22,628 nucleotides of DNA from contig CAZWVL010000012.1 in NCBI GenBank assembly GCA_964637115.1, positions 1 to 22,628 of the forward strand, written 5' to 3'. Shown here piece by piece: positions 1 to 8,526 of the stretch. The notes beneath the pieces are model-generated. The model did no database searches. It saw only the letters and a list, made by a program, of their open reading frames with translations, and was not told where the DNA came from. Every line of letters starts with the position of its first letter. The first letter of the stretch is position 1. The stretch comes from an uncultured Methanosarcinales archaeon. Its GTDB lineage: Archaea; Nanobdellota; Nanobdellia; Woesearchaeales; ARS49. The position numbers and the translations under genes were made by a program.

Positions 1-226
1 GGCTGACGAAACAGGCGCACGCACCATCAAAGATTCTCACAGTCTCGCCAGCGCACTGAACAAATTAGAGCACGGCTGCAAGGCAAAGCCATTGCGCTTT
101 GGTAATCCTACAACAAGTTCGTTGTTTATCGTGAATCCTTTTACTGCCCACGGTCTGGTTAGTTTATTCAGTACGCATCCCAGTACAAAATTGCGCGTAG
201 AACGATTAATGAAGATGAAATTCTGA
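1..226 (+). CDS. htpX: HtpX-like M48 zinc metalloprotease, C-terminal fragment (5' truncated by window edge)
   Basis: Not in the ORF track. Frame from nt 2 reads ADETGARTIKDSHSLASALNKLE...LFIVNPF...LFSTHPSTKLRVERLMKMKF* (TGA 224-226). AD..GA, LASAL.KL, LFIVNP and FSTHP...R..RL are typical HtpX C-terminal motifs. Confidence 0.88.
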   Translation, partial: ADETGARTIKDSHSLASALNKLEHGCKAKPLRFGNPTTSSLFIVNPFTAHGLVSLFSTHPSTKLRVERLMKMKF

Positions 227-256
227 TTGGAAAAACCGTCCGATAAGGTAGAGGAA

Positions 257-264
257 TTTATATA
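257..264 (+). promoter_or_regulatory. Archaeal TATA box (TTTATATA) with purine-rich BRE-like GAGGAA upstream
   Basis: Ends about 25 nt before ATG 290, the spacing expected for a leaderless archaeal transcript. Confidence 0.55.
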
Positions 265-289
265 GATTGTGTACGGACTTGTCCACTGA

Positions 290-961
290 ATGGCATGGAA
301 CACTGAGAACTTCATCAAGGGCAGGATTGCAGAAGTGTTAGCTGAGAAGCTCTTACGAGAGTTGGGCTTTTTTGTGCTTCCTTTTGGTAAAGAGCATGCT
401 GCTGCACCAATCATCGATATGAAGTCGTTCATAAAGGCATGTGGCGGTAAATTCGAGTTTGATAAATCATCTAAAGACTCCAATACTGCTAAAGAATTAT
501 TGGATCATTCGCCTGATTTGATTGCAGTTCATTCGTCAGGAAGAACAGAACTCATTGAGGTCAAATATAGGCAGAGCGGACAAATTATTGAAGAGGGTAA
601 GAAGTTCTTCAAATTGTATCCTGAGGCAGTCCTTCTTGTTGTTAATTTGGAAGTGACTCGAGATGTTGTAGAACCCAAAACGCCAGCTGATAAAGAATTT
701 GTCGCAAGCTTGCGAAAGGCGAGGTTTCACATATGGCAGCACGATGAACCTAAAGTAGGAACTGCGGATGATAAGGCCCGCAATCCTATTTCTTTGAGTC
801 AGTGGTTAATTGAAGAATTTAAGTGCGATAAGGTGCAAGTTGAACGAATAGTCAAAGAATATGAATTATACGTGACCCACTGGTTTTCCAGGGCAGTCAA
901 ACCTGAAAGGGAACTAAATGATGTTAAACCTCTTCTTAAAAAATTAGGATTGATAGATTGA
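290..961 (+). CDS. PD-(D/E)xK nuclease-fold protein (Hjc/YraN/restriction-endonuclease-like)
   Basis: 223 aa. N-terminal helix GRIAEVLAEKLLRELGF, then SPDLIAV...LIEVKYR, matching the E...PD...ExK arrangement. Confidence 0.65.
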   Translation: MAWNTENFIKGRIAEVLAEKLLRELGFFVLPFGKEHAAAPIIDMKSFIKACGGKFEFDKSSKDSNTAKELLDHSPDLIAVHSSGRTELIEVKYRQSGQIIEEGKKFFKLYPEAVLLVVNLEVTRDVVEPKTPADKEFVASLRKARFHIWQHDEPKVGTADDKARNPISLSQWLIEEFKCDKVQVERIVKEYELYVTHWFSRAVKPERELNDVKPLLKKLGLID

Positions 962-1157
962 GAAACCCCTTGCCTTTAATAGTTAAAAAGTTTCCTCTGA
1001 ACTGAGTTTACAACATTAAACAAAGTTTCATTTCTATCTCCTTCAGGCACGTTAAGTGAAATTTTTACGCTGCCTTTTTGACTATAGTCTCAAAAACCTT
1101 CAGTTTTTTGGACGGTTCAAACAAATAATAAAATAACCATTCATTCCAATAGTATTT

Positions 1158-2318
1158 TCACCACGTCGCCACCAATTCCGCTTCTTTTTTCAGAATTATT
1201 GCCTTATCCGTTTGTTCCCACGGTAAATCTTCCTTTCCGAAGTGTCCGTAGCAGCTTGTTTTGCGGTAAATCGGCTTTTTCAGTTGGAAAAAGTCAATAA
1301 TCTGCTTTGGCTTGATTGGAAAATGCTTGTAAACCAAATCTACAATCGTTTCTTCGCTCACTTTTCCAGTTCCAAAAGTGTTTACGTTTATGCTGACAGG
1401 CGCCGCAACACCTATTGCATACGCCAATTGCACCTCGCACTTGTCCGCTAATCCAGCCGCAACAATATTCTTGGCAATATATCGTGCTGCATATGCCGCG
1501 CTTCTGTCTACTTTGCTTGCATCCTTGCCTGAGAATGCTCCGCCGCCGTGTCTGCCAGCTCCGCCATACGTGTCAACAATAATTTTTCTTCCAGTTACTC
1601 CAGCATCTGCATATGGACCGCCTCTTACAAACTTTCCAGTCGGATTTGTAAGAATTTTGCTGTTTGCATCCAGCCAGTTGCTGACAACTGGCGTTATGAC
1701 TTTTGCAATAACGTCCTTGCGTAATGTATCCTGGTCTATTCCTTCGTCGTGCTGTGATGAAACAAGCACTGTATCGACCCTAATTGGCTTGTGATTCTCA
1801 TATTCTACTGTTACTTGAGTTTTTCCATCTGGTCCTAGATATGGTATCACTCCTGCTTTTCTTGCATACGCTAATCTTTGTGCTAATCTGTGCGCTAGAA
1901 GAATAGGCAGGGGCAGGAGTTCAGGTGTTTCATTGCTGGCAAAGCCAAACATGAGTCCTTGGTCTCCTGCTCCCTGCTCTTTTGTTGTTGAGGCATCGAC
2001 ACCTTGTGCTATGTCTGGTGATTGTTTTTCAAGATGAACTAGAACTGCGCAAGTGTCTGCATCTATGCCATAACTGGACTTTGTATAACCGATTTCTTTC
2101 AGCACAGTGCGCGCAATTGTCGGAATGTCAAGCTGTGCTCTTGTCGTGATTTCTCCTGCTACAACAATCATTCCTGTTTTTGTTAAACATTCAACTGCCA
2201 CTCTGCTGTCCGCGTCTTGTTGCAAACAAGCATCAAGTACTGCATCACTCACTTGGTCGCATATTTTGTCAGGATGACCTTCTGTTACCGATTCTGATGT
2301 AAATAGTGTTCGTACCAT
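1158..2318 (-). CDS. metK: S-adenosylmethionine synthetase, bacterial/eukaryotic type
   Basis: Motifs [32 protein letters not shown]. Start moved from GTG 2324 to ATG 2318, which has SD GAGGTGA 6 nt upstream. Confidence 0.97.
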   Translation of the reverse strand: MVRTLFTSESVTEGHPDKICDQVSDAVLDACLQQDADSRVAVECLTKTGMIVVAGEITTRAQLDIPTIARTVLKEIGYTKSSYGIDADTCAVLVHLEKQSPDIAQGVDASTTKEQGAGDQGLMFGFASNETPELLPLPILLAHRLAQRLAYARKAGVIPYLGPDGKTQVTVEYENHKPIRVDTVLVSSQHDEGIDQDTLRKDVIAKVITPVVSNWLDANSKILTNPTGKFVRGGPYADAGVTGRKIIVDTYGGAGRHGGGAFSGKDASKVDRSAAYAARYIAKNIVAAGLADKCEVQLAYAIGVAAPVSINVNTFGTGKVSEETIVDLVYKHFPIKPKQIIDFFQLKKPIYRKTSCYGHFGKEDLPWEQTDKAIILKKEAELVATW

Positions 2319-2377
2319 CTTCACTCACCTCTTTTGCCGTTATTTCATATGTCCGCTTAAATAAACTCTTGACAGAA

Positions 2378-2395
2378 TTATTCCGAAAGGAATAA
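2378..2395. promoter_or_regulatory. Inverted repeat TTATTCC-GAAA-GGAATAA in the metK / HTH-CBS divergent promoter; candidate operator
   Basis: Perfect 7-bp arms with a 4-bp spacer. Overlaps the TATA-like TAAATATT (2393-2400) and lies about 12 bp from the metK TATA-like TTTATTTA (2365-2358). Confidence 0.5.
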
Positions 2396-2419
2396 ATATT
2401 CCAATAGTACAGCAACTTT

Positions 2420-2950
2420 ATGATTGAGCTGAAAGACATCAAGCAGTCCAGAATTCGTCTTGGTCTTACCCAGACAGAGCTTGCAAAAGAGGCAGGTGTT
2501 TCTCAGTCAGTTATTGCAAAAATAGAGTCTGGCAGGATTGACCCGAGTTATACTATTGCGAAAAAGATTCTTGCAGCCCTGGAGCAGAGGCGCATGTCCA
2601 ATTCACCAAAGGCCCTTGACGTTATGCATCCGAGCGTTATTTCAGTTAAATCTTCTGTTAAGGTTGCAGATGCTGTCAAGCTGATGAAAAAGCATTCCAT
2701 TTCCCAATTGCCCGTGCAGGATGAGCGTATTATGGGAATTATTACTGAGGGCACAATTATGTCGCACTTGACTTCGTTGAACAGAACAGTTGGAGACATA
2801 ATGGAAGCTACCCCTCCAATGGTGCCTCCAAATGCAGACTTGACGGTTGTCTCAAATCTTTTGCAGCATTATCCGATTGTGCTCATTGTAGAAAAAGGAA
2901 TATTGGTTGGCATTGTTACCAAGTCTGATGTTCTGGCTGCGCTGGTTTAG
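2420..2950 (+). CDS. XRE-family HTH plus tandem CBS domain transcriptional regulator
   Basis: N-terminal RIRLGLTQTELAKEAGVSQSVIAKIESGRIDPSY is a Cro/C1 HTH. The C-terminal part has two CBS repeats (DVMHPSVISV...ISQLPV...GIIT; DIME...PIV...GIVTKSD). Confidence 0.92.
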   Translation: MIELKDIKQSRIRLGLTQTELAKEAGVSQSVIAKIESGRIDPSYTIAKKILAALEQRRMSNSPKALDVMHPSVISVKSSVKVADAVKLMKKHSISQLPVQDERIMGIITEGTIMSHLTSLNRTVGDIMEATPPMVPPNADLTVVSNLLQHYPIVLIVEKGILVGIVTKSDVLAALV

Positions 2951-3682
2951 TTACATATGCTTGTTGAACCACGAAACGACCATTGATGCCAACTTGTCTA
3001 AATCCTCTTCCAGTCTATGTTTCCAGCCTTTCATAATTTCTAATCTTGATTCGGATGGAAGAAATCTCATTGCTTCTTTAGAATGATTAATTGGAACGTG
3101 TTCATCTTGGTCTCCGTGTATAATAAGAACTGGGCACTTGATTTTTGATAATATCTCGTCTTGTTTTACTGATTCACGTTCTTGAAGATACTGTTTCGGA
3201 ATTACAAAATTTTTATTTTCTTTTATAATTATAATGTGCCCTTTTTGTTCAACTTCAGCGCGCACTTTTGGGTCTGCAAATTCAGAAGGCGTTTTTGCCT
3301 TTGTAACAGGAGCCAATAAAACAATAGTTTTGATATCCTTGTCATACGCAAGTAAGCAATTAAGTCCGCCAAGGCTGCTTCCTAACAGTCCAATTTTGGC
3401 GTATCCTTTACTTTTGACGTAGCGAATTGCGGAATTTAAGTCGTCGACCTGATTTTTAACAGTTATCTCAGCGAAATCACTCTCTCCGGACCCGCCAAAA
3501 TCAAAACGTAGAGTTGCAAAGCCTGTTTTGTTTAACTCATTGGCTATTTTCATAGATTTTGGTTTGTCTTTGTTGCTCGTAAAACCGTGCGCCATGATGA
3601 CGATTTTGTCCTTATTCATAGGCTCAAGAATTCCAACCAGTTTCAATCCTCTGCTATTTGTGAAAGTAACTTTTTCAGCCAT
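2951..3682 (-). CDS. Alpha/beta-fold hydrolase (serine esterase/peptidase)
   Basis: HGF oxyanion motif, RFDFGGSGES, nucleophile elbow GSSLGG, HGDQD acid residue and a C-terminal His (KHRL). Confidence 0.92.
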   Translation of the reverse strand: MAEKVTFTNSRGLKLVGILEPMNKDKIVIMAHGFTSNKDKPKSMKIANELNKTGFATLRFDFGGSGESDFAEITVKNQVDDLNSAIRYVKSKGYAKIGLLGSSLGGLNCLLAYDKDIKTIVLLAPVTKAKTPSEFADPKVRAEVEQKGHIIIIKENKNFVIPKQYLQERESVKQDEILSKIKCPVLIIHGDQDEHVPINHSKEAMRFLPSESRLEIMKGWKHRLEEDLDKLASMVVSWFNKHM

Positions 3683-5864
3683 ATTCCTTCTCCGCCAGCT
3701 CCTTTATTGCTTTCGCAATCTTGTCTCCAACTCCCGTTACTCGTTTCAATTCTTCTTCATTCGCATTTATTATGTTTTTTACCGATTTGAAATGTTTTAG
3801 CAGCTCTCTGGCCAGTTGTGGTCCAACTGAGGGCAGTGAGCTCACCAGGTATTCTTGCTGTTCTTTGAGAGTCATTGGTTTTCTGTCTGCGTGTGGAGAA
3901 AAATCCTTCTTGTTATCGTCCTGTTCTCTTTTTGCTATCGTTAGCAACAGCGCCGCACTGTCTTTCTCGTCTTTTGTGTAAAGAATTGGAATTCCATAGC
4001 TTATGGCAATCGTTCCAAGCATGCCGCGTATAGCATTCGGATGTACGTTTCTCATAGAATACAAATCCTGTGTTCCTTGAATAATAATCAGCGGTCGTTC
4101 ATAGCTTCTTTTCAATGTTTTCAATTGTTCAAGCAATCTGCCGTCAATTAAACTATCCACGAAATCCGCAGAAGTTTTTAATTCCACCCCAACGCGTGAA
4201 CTTAGCACGTAGTCTGCGCATTGCAGCATGTCTAGCTTTATGCTCACGCCTAATTCAACCAATTCTTTTACAGTGCCTGTTGTTTTCTCGCGATAGTCTG
4301 CAAATATCTTGATGTTGTGGTCAAATTGTGCAAGTGTTGGCTGTTTTGGTGCCAATTTTATTGTCAAATCTTTGCGCATTTGTTCCAGTATGTGCACCAT
4401 TCTGTTTTCTTTGTGTTTTGCGCTCCAGGAATATGCCTCGTCTCGTGTTCCTTTTGTCATGAAGATCGCTACTCTTCCTTTTTCCTGTCGTCCTGTTCTT
4501 CCTCTTCGTTGTATGTGTCTGATAGCGCTCGGAATTGGTTCGTAAAACAGGACCAAATCCACTTTTGGAATATCCAGTCCTTCTTCTGCAACGCTCGTGG
4601 CAATTAGTATGTTGAAAAGTCCGTCTCTGAACATATCGAGCATTTCTTTTTGTTCTTTCTGGCTCAGTCCTGTTTCTTTTTTCTTTGCCTGTCCGACAAA
4701 TATTTTTGCCAGTGCGCCTTCTTTTTTGTTCAGCGCCTCATTCAGCGTTACTGCCGTGTCCCTGTATTGGGTAAACAGTATTATCTTCGTCATTTTGTTC
4801 TGTTCAAGTTCTTTGGAGACAAAATTAACCAGCGTTTCAACTTTCGGATGTTCTATTTTCTGTTCCAGTAATTTTTGTGCTAGAATAAACGCGCTCTTGA
4901 ACGCCAAATCCGCAGTCAGATTCTTAACTGCCTTTACTTTGCTGCTTTCTGCCTGCTCATAAAGTCCTGTCAAATATTTGTTAAGTGGAGCAATTCCTTG
5001 CGTTTCCAATAATTCAAGTGCGTGCTGTGCCTTGATTATTTCTGCAAGTACGCTTATTGCTTTCATCGCTTCAAAGTTCTTTTCCCCTTCTGATATGCTC
5101 TTGTGCAGTTGTGCTTGTAATTGCAGAAGGTCTTTCTTGCTCATGAATCCTGCCTTGATGTTGAATTGTTTGAGCTGGTCCACTTTTCCTTTGATGCACT
5201 GCTGGAGAAGATGCTGTATTTTCTTGAATGTTTCTGGCAGCTCTACCTTTATCCATTCGATATCTATTGGCTGGATGTATGGCTGCACATCAGGGTCTTT
5301 GTCAGTCCTAATTTCTACCGCTTCTATGCCCAGATTGTTGCATACTTCCTCTATTTTTGCCGTCTCGCTTCCTGGGCTTGCAGTTAATGCCAGTATTCTC
5401 GGATAATCAGACTTCCTTTGGTATTGTTTTGCTAGGAACACGTAACTATAGTCTCCTGTTGCTCTGTGTGCTTCGTCAAATACTAACAAACTCACTTTTG
5501 AAATGTCAATTTTGTCTCCAATCAGGTCATTTTCTAGTCCTTGCGGTGTTGAAAAAATAATCTGCGCGTCCTGCCAGAGTTGTACGCGTTTTTCAGGAGA
5601 AACGCTTCCAGTAAATAACACAAATTTCTCTTCGGGCAGGTCAAACACTTGTCTGAAAGTCGTCAAGTGTTGTTCTGCCAGTGGTTTTGTGGGCGCTAGT
5701 ATGAGAATTTTTGATTGGGGGTAGTTCTTGAGGCGCTGTGCAGCGAGCAGCACCGCAACTCCTGTCTTTCCCATTCCTGTTGGCAGAACTACCAGCGTGT
5801 TTTTCATCGCCGCAGTGGCGAGTATTGTCTCTTGATACAATCTTGGTGTAAACCCCCTTAGCAT
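3675..5864 (-). CDS. hef: Hef: SF2 (FANCM-like) helicase fused to ERCC4/XPF nuclease and HhH2
   Basis: LPTGMGKT, DEAHR, TASPG, TSVAEEGLD, QRRGRTGR, then ERCC4 ADYVLSSRVGVELKTSADF and HhH LPSVGP/VTGVGDK. Start ATG 5864 preferred over GTG 5879 because TTAAATA lies about 25 nt upstream. Confidence 0.95.
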   Translation of the reverse strand: MLRGFTPRLYQETILATAAMKNTLVVLPTGMGKTGVAVLLAAQRLKNYPQSKILILAPTKPLAEQHLTTFRQVFDLPEEKFVLFTGSVSPEKRVQLWQDAQIIFSTPQGLENDLIGDKIDISKVSLLVFDEAHRATGDYSYVFLAKQYQRKSDYPRILALTASPGSETAKIEEVCNNLGIEAVEIRTDKDPDVQPYIQPIDIEWIKVELPETFKKIQHLLQQCIKGKVDQLKQFNIKAGFMSKKDLLQLQAQLHKSISEGEKNFEAMKAISVLAEIIKAQHALELLETQGIAPLNKYLTGLYEQAESSKVKAVKNLTADLAFKSAFILAQKLLEQKIEHPKVETLVNFVSKELEQNKMTKIILFTQYRDTAVTLNEALNKKEGALAKIFVGQAKKKETGLSQKEQKEMLDMFRDGLFNILIATSVAEEGLDIPKVDLVLFYEPIPSAIRHIQRRGRTGRQEKGRVAIFMTKGTRDEAYSWSAKHKENRMVHILEQMRKDLTIKLAPKQPTLAQFDHNIKIFADYREKTTGTVKELVELGVSIKLDMLQCADYVLSSRVGVELKTSADFVDSLIDGRLLEQLKTLKRSYERPLIIIQGTQDLYSMRNVHPNAIRGMLGTIAISYGIPILYTKDEKDSAALLLTIAKREQDDNKKDFSPHADRKPMTLKEQQEYLVSSLPSVGPQLARELLKHFKSVKNIINANEEELKRVTGVGDKIAKAIKELAEKEYG

Positions 5865-5896
5865 GAGAATTTTCAGCACGCTGTTCTATTTAATGC

Positions 5897-6217
5897 TTAC
5901 GCGGTCCTAATCAGCTTCTTGCTGTGCAGCCAGTATCCGATTAGTATTCCTGCAAGGAGTAAAAGCGCTATTATGCGGAGGTTTGCGAATATTCCTCCTA
6001 AAATAAATCCAAGGAAGAATGCCATTATTGTTAGGAACGCTGGAATTAAATGGCTCAGTTTGGATTTGTACCATACTCTGCCGAATAATAATCCTGTGAG
6101 AAAACAAACCGTGTATAGAATGCTGGCATTTCCGGAAAAAACAGCCAACAGGAATCCTATTATCAGAACAACCAGAGAAAGGATTTCCGGCCAGTCAAAC
6201 ATGACGTCTACTTTCAT
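5897..6217 (-). CDS. Small hypothetical membrane protein (about 4 TM helices)
   Basis: 106 aa with four hydrophobic stretches. ATGA overlap with the upstream gene's stop. Confidence 0.8.
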   Translation of the reverse strand: MKVDVMFDWPEILSLVVLIIGFLLAVFSGNASILYTVCFLTGLLFGRVWYKSKLSHLIPAFLTIMAFFLGFILGGIFANLRIIALLLLAGILIGYWLHSKKLIRTA

Positions 6218-6966
6218 TTGATTCCTCGTGCTTCCTTTTCAAAGAATATGTAAAACAACAACCACACTATTCCTCCTATCAGGAGCGCGTAAATGTATGA
6301 ATAGATGGCAAACATGTAAACCATGATTACGTATGATGCCACTGAGCCGAACAGGAAGGCATATACGAGTCGTGAATAATAAAGTACTTTTGAGCCGTCA
6401 AGTGGTGGTATTGGGATTAAATTCCACGCGGCAAAGGTGATGTTGAGCACAAATAATTTTTCTGCGATGTATGGGTTGAGCATGCCTGCCCATTCCATGC
6501 TTTTGATTATTGCTGAGAAGAAAATGTTGAGCAGCGGTCCTGCTAAAACAATTTTTGAAAGTGTTGTTGTTCCTGGTCCGTATCTGAATGCTCCTAACCT
6601 ATGTGCTGGCAGCATGTATGCTATTGTCGATGTTGCTGCCAGGAATTTGATCTTGCCGTCCGATATTATGACTAAAATTAGTCCGATGAGGAATCCGTAC
6701 CACCATATTCTTTGTTCTGCGCGCAGGCCAACTCCGAGCGCCATCATGCGCTGTCCTGCGTGATGAACGAATACCGTTATGGCCAAGAATATTATTGCTA
6801 TGCCGAAATTTTTCAGTCCAGTTGAAAGGCTGAATCCATTTGTTCCCCATTGGTCCCAGGAGTATATGAATGCCATAGATGCAACAACTATCCAGAATGA
6901 TAGCCATTCTTCTTTTGAAAACCAGAAGTACCTCTTCAGTTTGTCCAGATAGTTGCGAAAGCTCAT
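6214..6966 (-). CDS. Site-2 protease (M50)-like membrane protein with degenerate zinc motif
   Basis: LAGPLLN and WNLIPIPPLDGSKV are S2P hallmarks, but the HExxH position reads HHAGQ (6765-6751). Start ATG 6966 sits 1 nt after the traB stop; the track's 7002 start overlaps traB. Confidence 0.8.
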   Translation of the reverse strand: MSFRNYLDKLKRYFWFSKEEWLSFWIVVASMAFIYSWDQWGTNGFSLSTGLKNFGIAIIFLAITVFVHHAGQRMMALGVGLRAEQRIWWYGFLIGLILVIISDGKIKFLAATSTIAYMLPAHRLGAFRYGPGTTTLSKIVLAGPLLNIFFSAIIKSMEWAGMLNPYIAEKLFVLNITFAAWNLIPIPPLDGSKVLYYSRLVYAFLFGSVASYVIMVYMFAIYSYIYALLIGGIVWLLFYIFFEKEARGIK

Positions 6967-6967
6967 A

Positions 6968-7660
6968 TCATCTCTTTTTTTGTATACGTTCTTTTTCTTC
7001 ATTTATATAACTTTTCAGCAATCGTGTTATTTCTTTCTCGTGTCCTGCTCCTACTACCGCTACAATGGTGTCTTCTGGATAGTGTTTAATGATGTGGAAT
7101 AGCTTTTTGGCCATATACTCGTTTCTTTCCTGCACCAGTACTCTGTACACATTGGGATACCTTTTTCTGACGTCTTCAATTAGTTGTTCAATGAGTTTTT
7201 GTGGGGGAACTTTTGACAAATCAAATTTTACTCCTTTTTTTAGCACAACTCCTTTGAATATGTCGACAACAAAGGCCCATTTTTCTTTCCAGGTTAGAGC
7301 TTTTGAAAACCTTTTCAATGTTACTTCAATATCCTGGTCGATTAGTGCGGTTTTAGCTCCAACTTCTTGTGCCAAGGCAACTGCTTTGAGCATTTCTGCT
7401 CCTGGAGAAACTCCTACTTTTGCCCCTAATTTTCTTTCCGCCCAGGCTCCTATTAGTGCAAACAGCCAGCCTTTGAATCCAATGCGTCTGATGTCCCTGA
7501 TGCTTATTGACTGCTGTTTTTTTGAGAGTAACGCAAACAATCGCTTTTTGTCCAGCTCGATAGCAACAATACCTGGCTTGATTTCCCTGATGTTTTTCTC
7601 CACTTTTGCCAGGCTTTCAGGGGCAATATGAGAGGTGCCGATGATTTTTATGCGTGCCAT
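6968..7660 (-). CDS. TraB/PrgY/GumN (TIKI-superfamily) protein
   Basis: IIGTSHI, VAIELD, LIDQDI, QERNEYMA and VAVVGAGH are TraB-family motifs. Confidence 0.88.
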   Translation of the reverse strand: MARIKIIGTSHIAPESLAKVEKNIREIKPGIVAIELDKKRLFALLSKKQQSISIRDIRRIGFKGWLFALIGAWAERKLGAKVGVSPGAEMLKAVALAQEVGAKTALIDQDIEVTLKRFSKALTWKEKWAFVVDIFKGVVLKKGVKFDLSKVPPQKLIEQLIEDVRKRYPNVYRVLVQERNEYMAKKLFHIIKHYPEDTIVAVVGAGHEKEITRLLKSYINEEKERIQKKR

Positions 7661-7757
7661 TGGTTTTTTGAGTTATTACAACCTATATTAATATGGCACC
7701 ATAATCTTTAAATAGTTTCCACTCTCCTGAGTGATAACTTATAAGGAGGTATGTTGC

Positions 7758-8051
7758 ATGCTCAGACTAAAAAAGATTCAGGAAACGTATGATATGAAGG
7801 TTTTTACCGATCAGGGTGACTATTTTGGTGATATTGAAGAGGCTATTCTTACTCCAACTAAGGTGCACGGATGGCGTGTGCGTGCAACAAAGAATTCATT
7901 CTTGAGTAAGGTGTTGGGAAGTGCAAAGGGAGTTATCGTTCCCCATCAACTTGTTAAGGCAGTGGGCGACATTATGATTATTAGCAAGGCAGCAGTGCCC
8001 AGTTATTCTGAAGAAGGCGAGGAAGCGCCTGCTGAAGAACTTACTGCATAG
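7758..8051 (+). CDS. PRC-barrel domain protein with acidic tail
   Basis: MKVFTDQGDYFGDIEEA...GVIVPHQLVKAVGDIMII is the archaeal PRC-barrel pattern. SD AAGGAGGT precedes ATG 7758. Confidence 0.85.
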   Translation: MLRLKKIQETYDMKVFTDQGDYFGDIEEAILTPTKVHGWRVRATKNSFLSKVLGSAKGVIVPHQLVKAVGDIMIISKAAVPSYSEEGEEAPAEELTA

Positions 8052-8112
8052 TTGTTGTCACGTTCCTGGAAAGATAAAAGTTTAAGTAGCTCAGTTTTTA
8101 ATTTTCGCATTT

Positions 8113-8526
8113 ATGGATGTTTCCGTTGAGCTGAAAGAGTGGGCGCAGATTTTTCTCAAGAGCCGTGACGTGATGCAAAAAACCATTTCTGGCTTTGAAA
8201 ATCTAAATGGAGATTTTGTTGTGCATAAAACAACAGGCGATGTTTTGTTTATGATTCGTCCAGAATTGTTGAATGTCGAGGAAGTTTTGCAAAAAACATC
8301 AGACAGTTCCGGTTTAGTCGTTCTTAATACGAAAAAAAATGTTGATGCAGTTATTGCTAATTGGGACAAGCTTGCCAAGTTAAAGGGCCTGTGCATTTAT
8401 TTCGTGAACCCAAAAGCAAATGAGAAATGGCTGTTGTATCCGTATACTCATGATCAGATTACGGAAAAACCTGCTTTGCGCCGCGGTCTTGAAAGTTTGT
8501 TCTCTATGGTACCTAGTTACCAGTAA
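8113..8526 (+). CDS. Hypothetical protein (137 aa)
   Basis: Normal globular composition. TATA-like TTTAAGTA about 25 nt upstream. Fills the gap between genes. No family recognised. Confidence 0.75.
   Translation: MDVSVELKEWAQIFLKSRDVMQKTISGFENLNGDFVVHKTTGDVLFMIRPELLNVEEVLQKTSDSSGLVVLNTKKNVDAVIANWDKLAKLKGLCIYFVNPKANEKWLLYPYTHDQITEKPALRRGLESLFSMVPSYQ

Noticed and set aside
37-483. 148-aa minus-strand ORF and the many other antisense ORFs in the track (e.g. 1378-1794, 4978-5406, 7089-7631, 10335-11021, 14309-15022, 15172-15600)
   Set aside because: They lie opposite genes with clear family motifs and have no motifs or start signals of their own; treated as shadow ORFs.
985-1089. Minus-strand reading ...VPEGDRNETLFNVVNSVQRKLFNY*, loosely like a primase C-terminal G.RN.TLF motif
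   Set aside because: Under 40 codons, bounded by an upstream in-frame TGA with no convincing start; the match is too short to support a pseudogene call.
1075-1110. GACTATAGTC palindrome (1080-1089) with flanking T/A tracts and a weak CAAAAAC/GTTTTT hairpin between convergent genes
   Set aside because: Could be a terminator or IS-end relic, but it is AT-rich and imperfect and has no transposase or target duplication.
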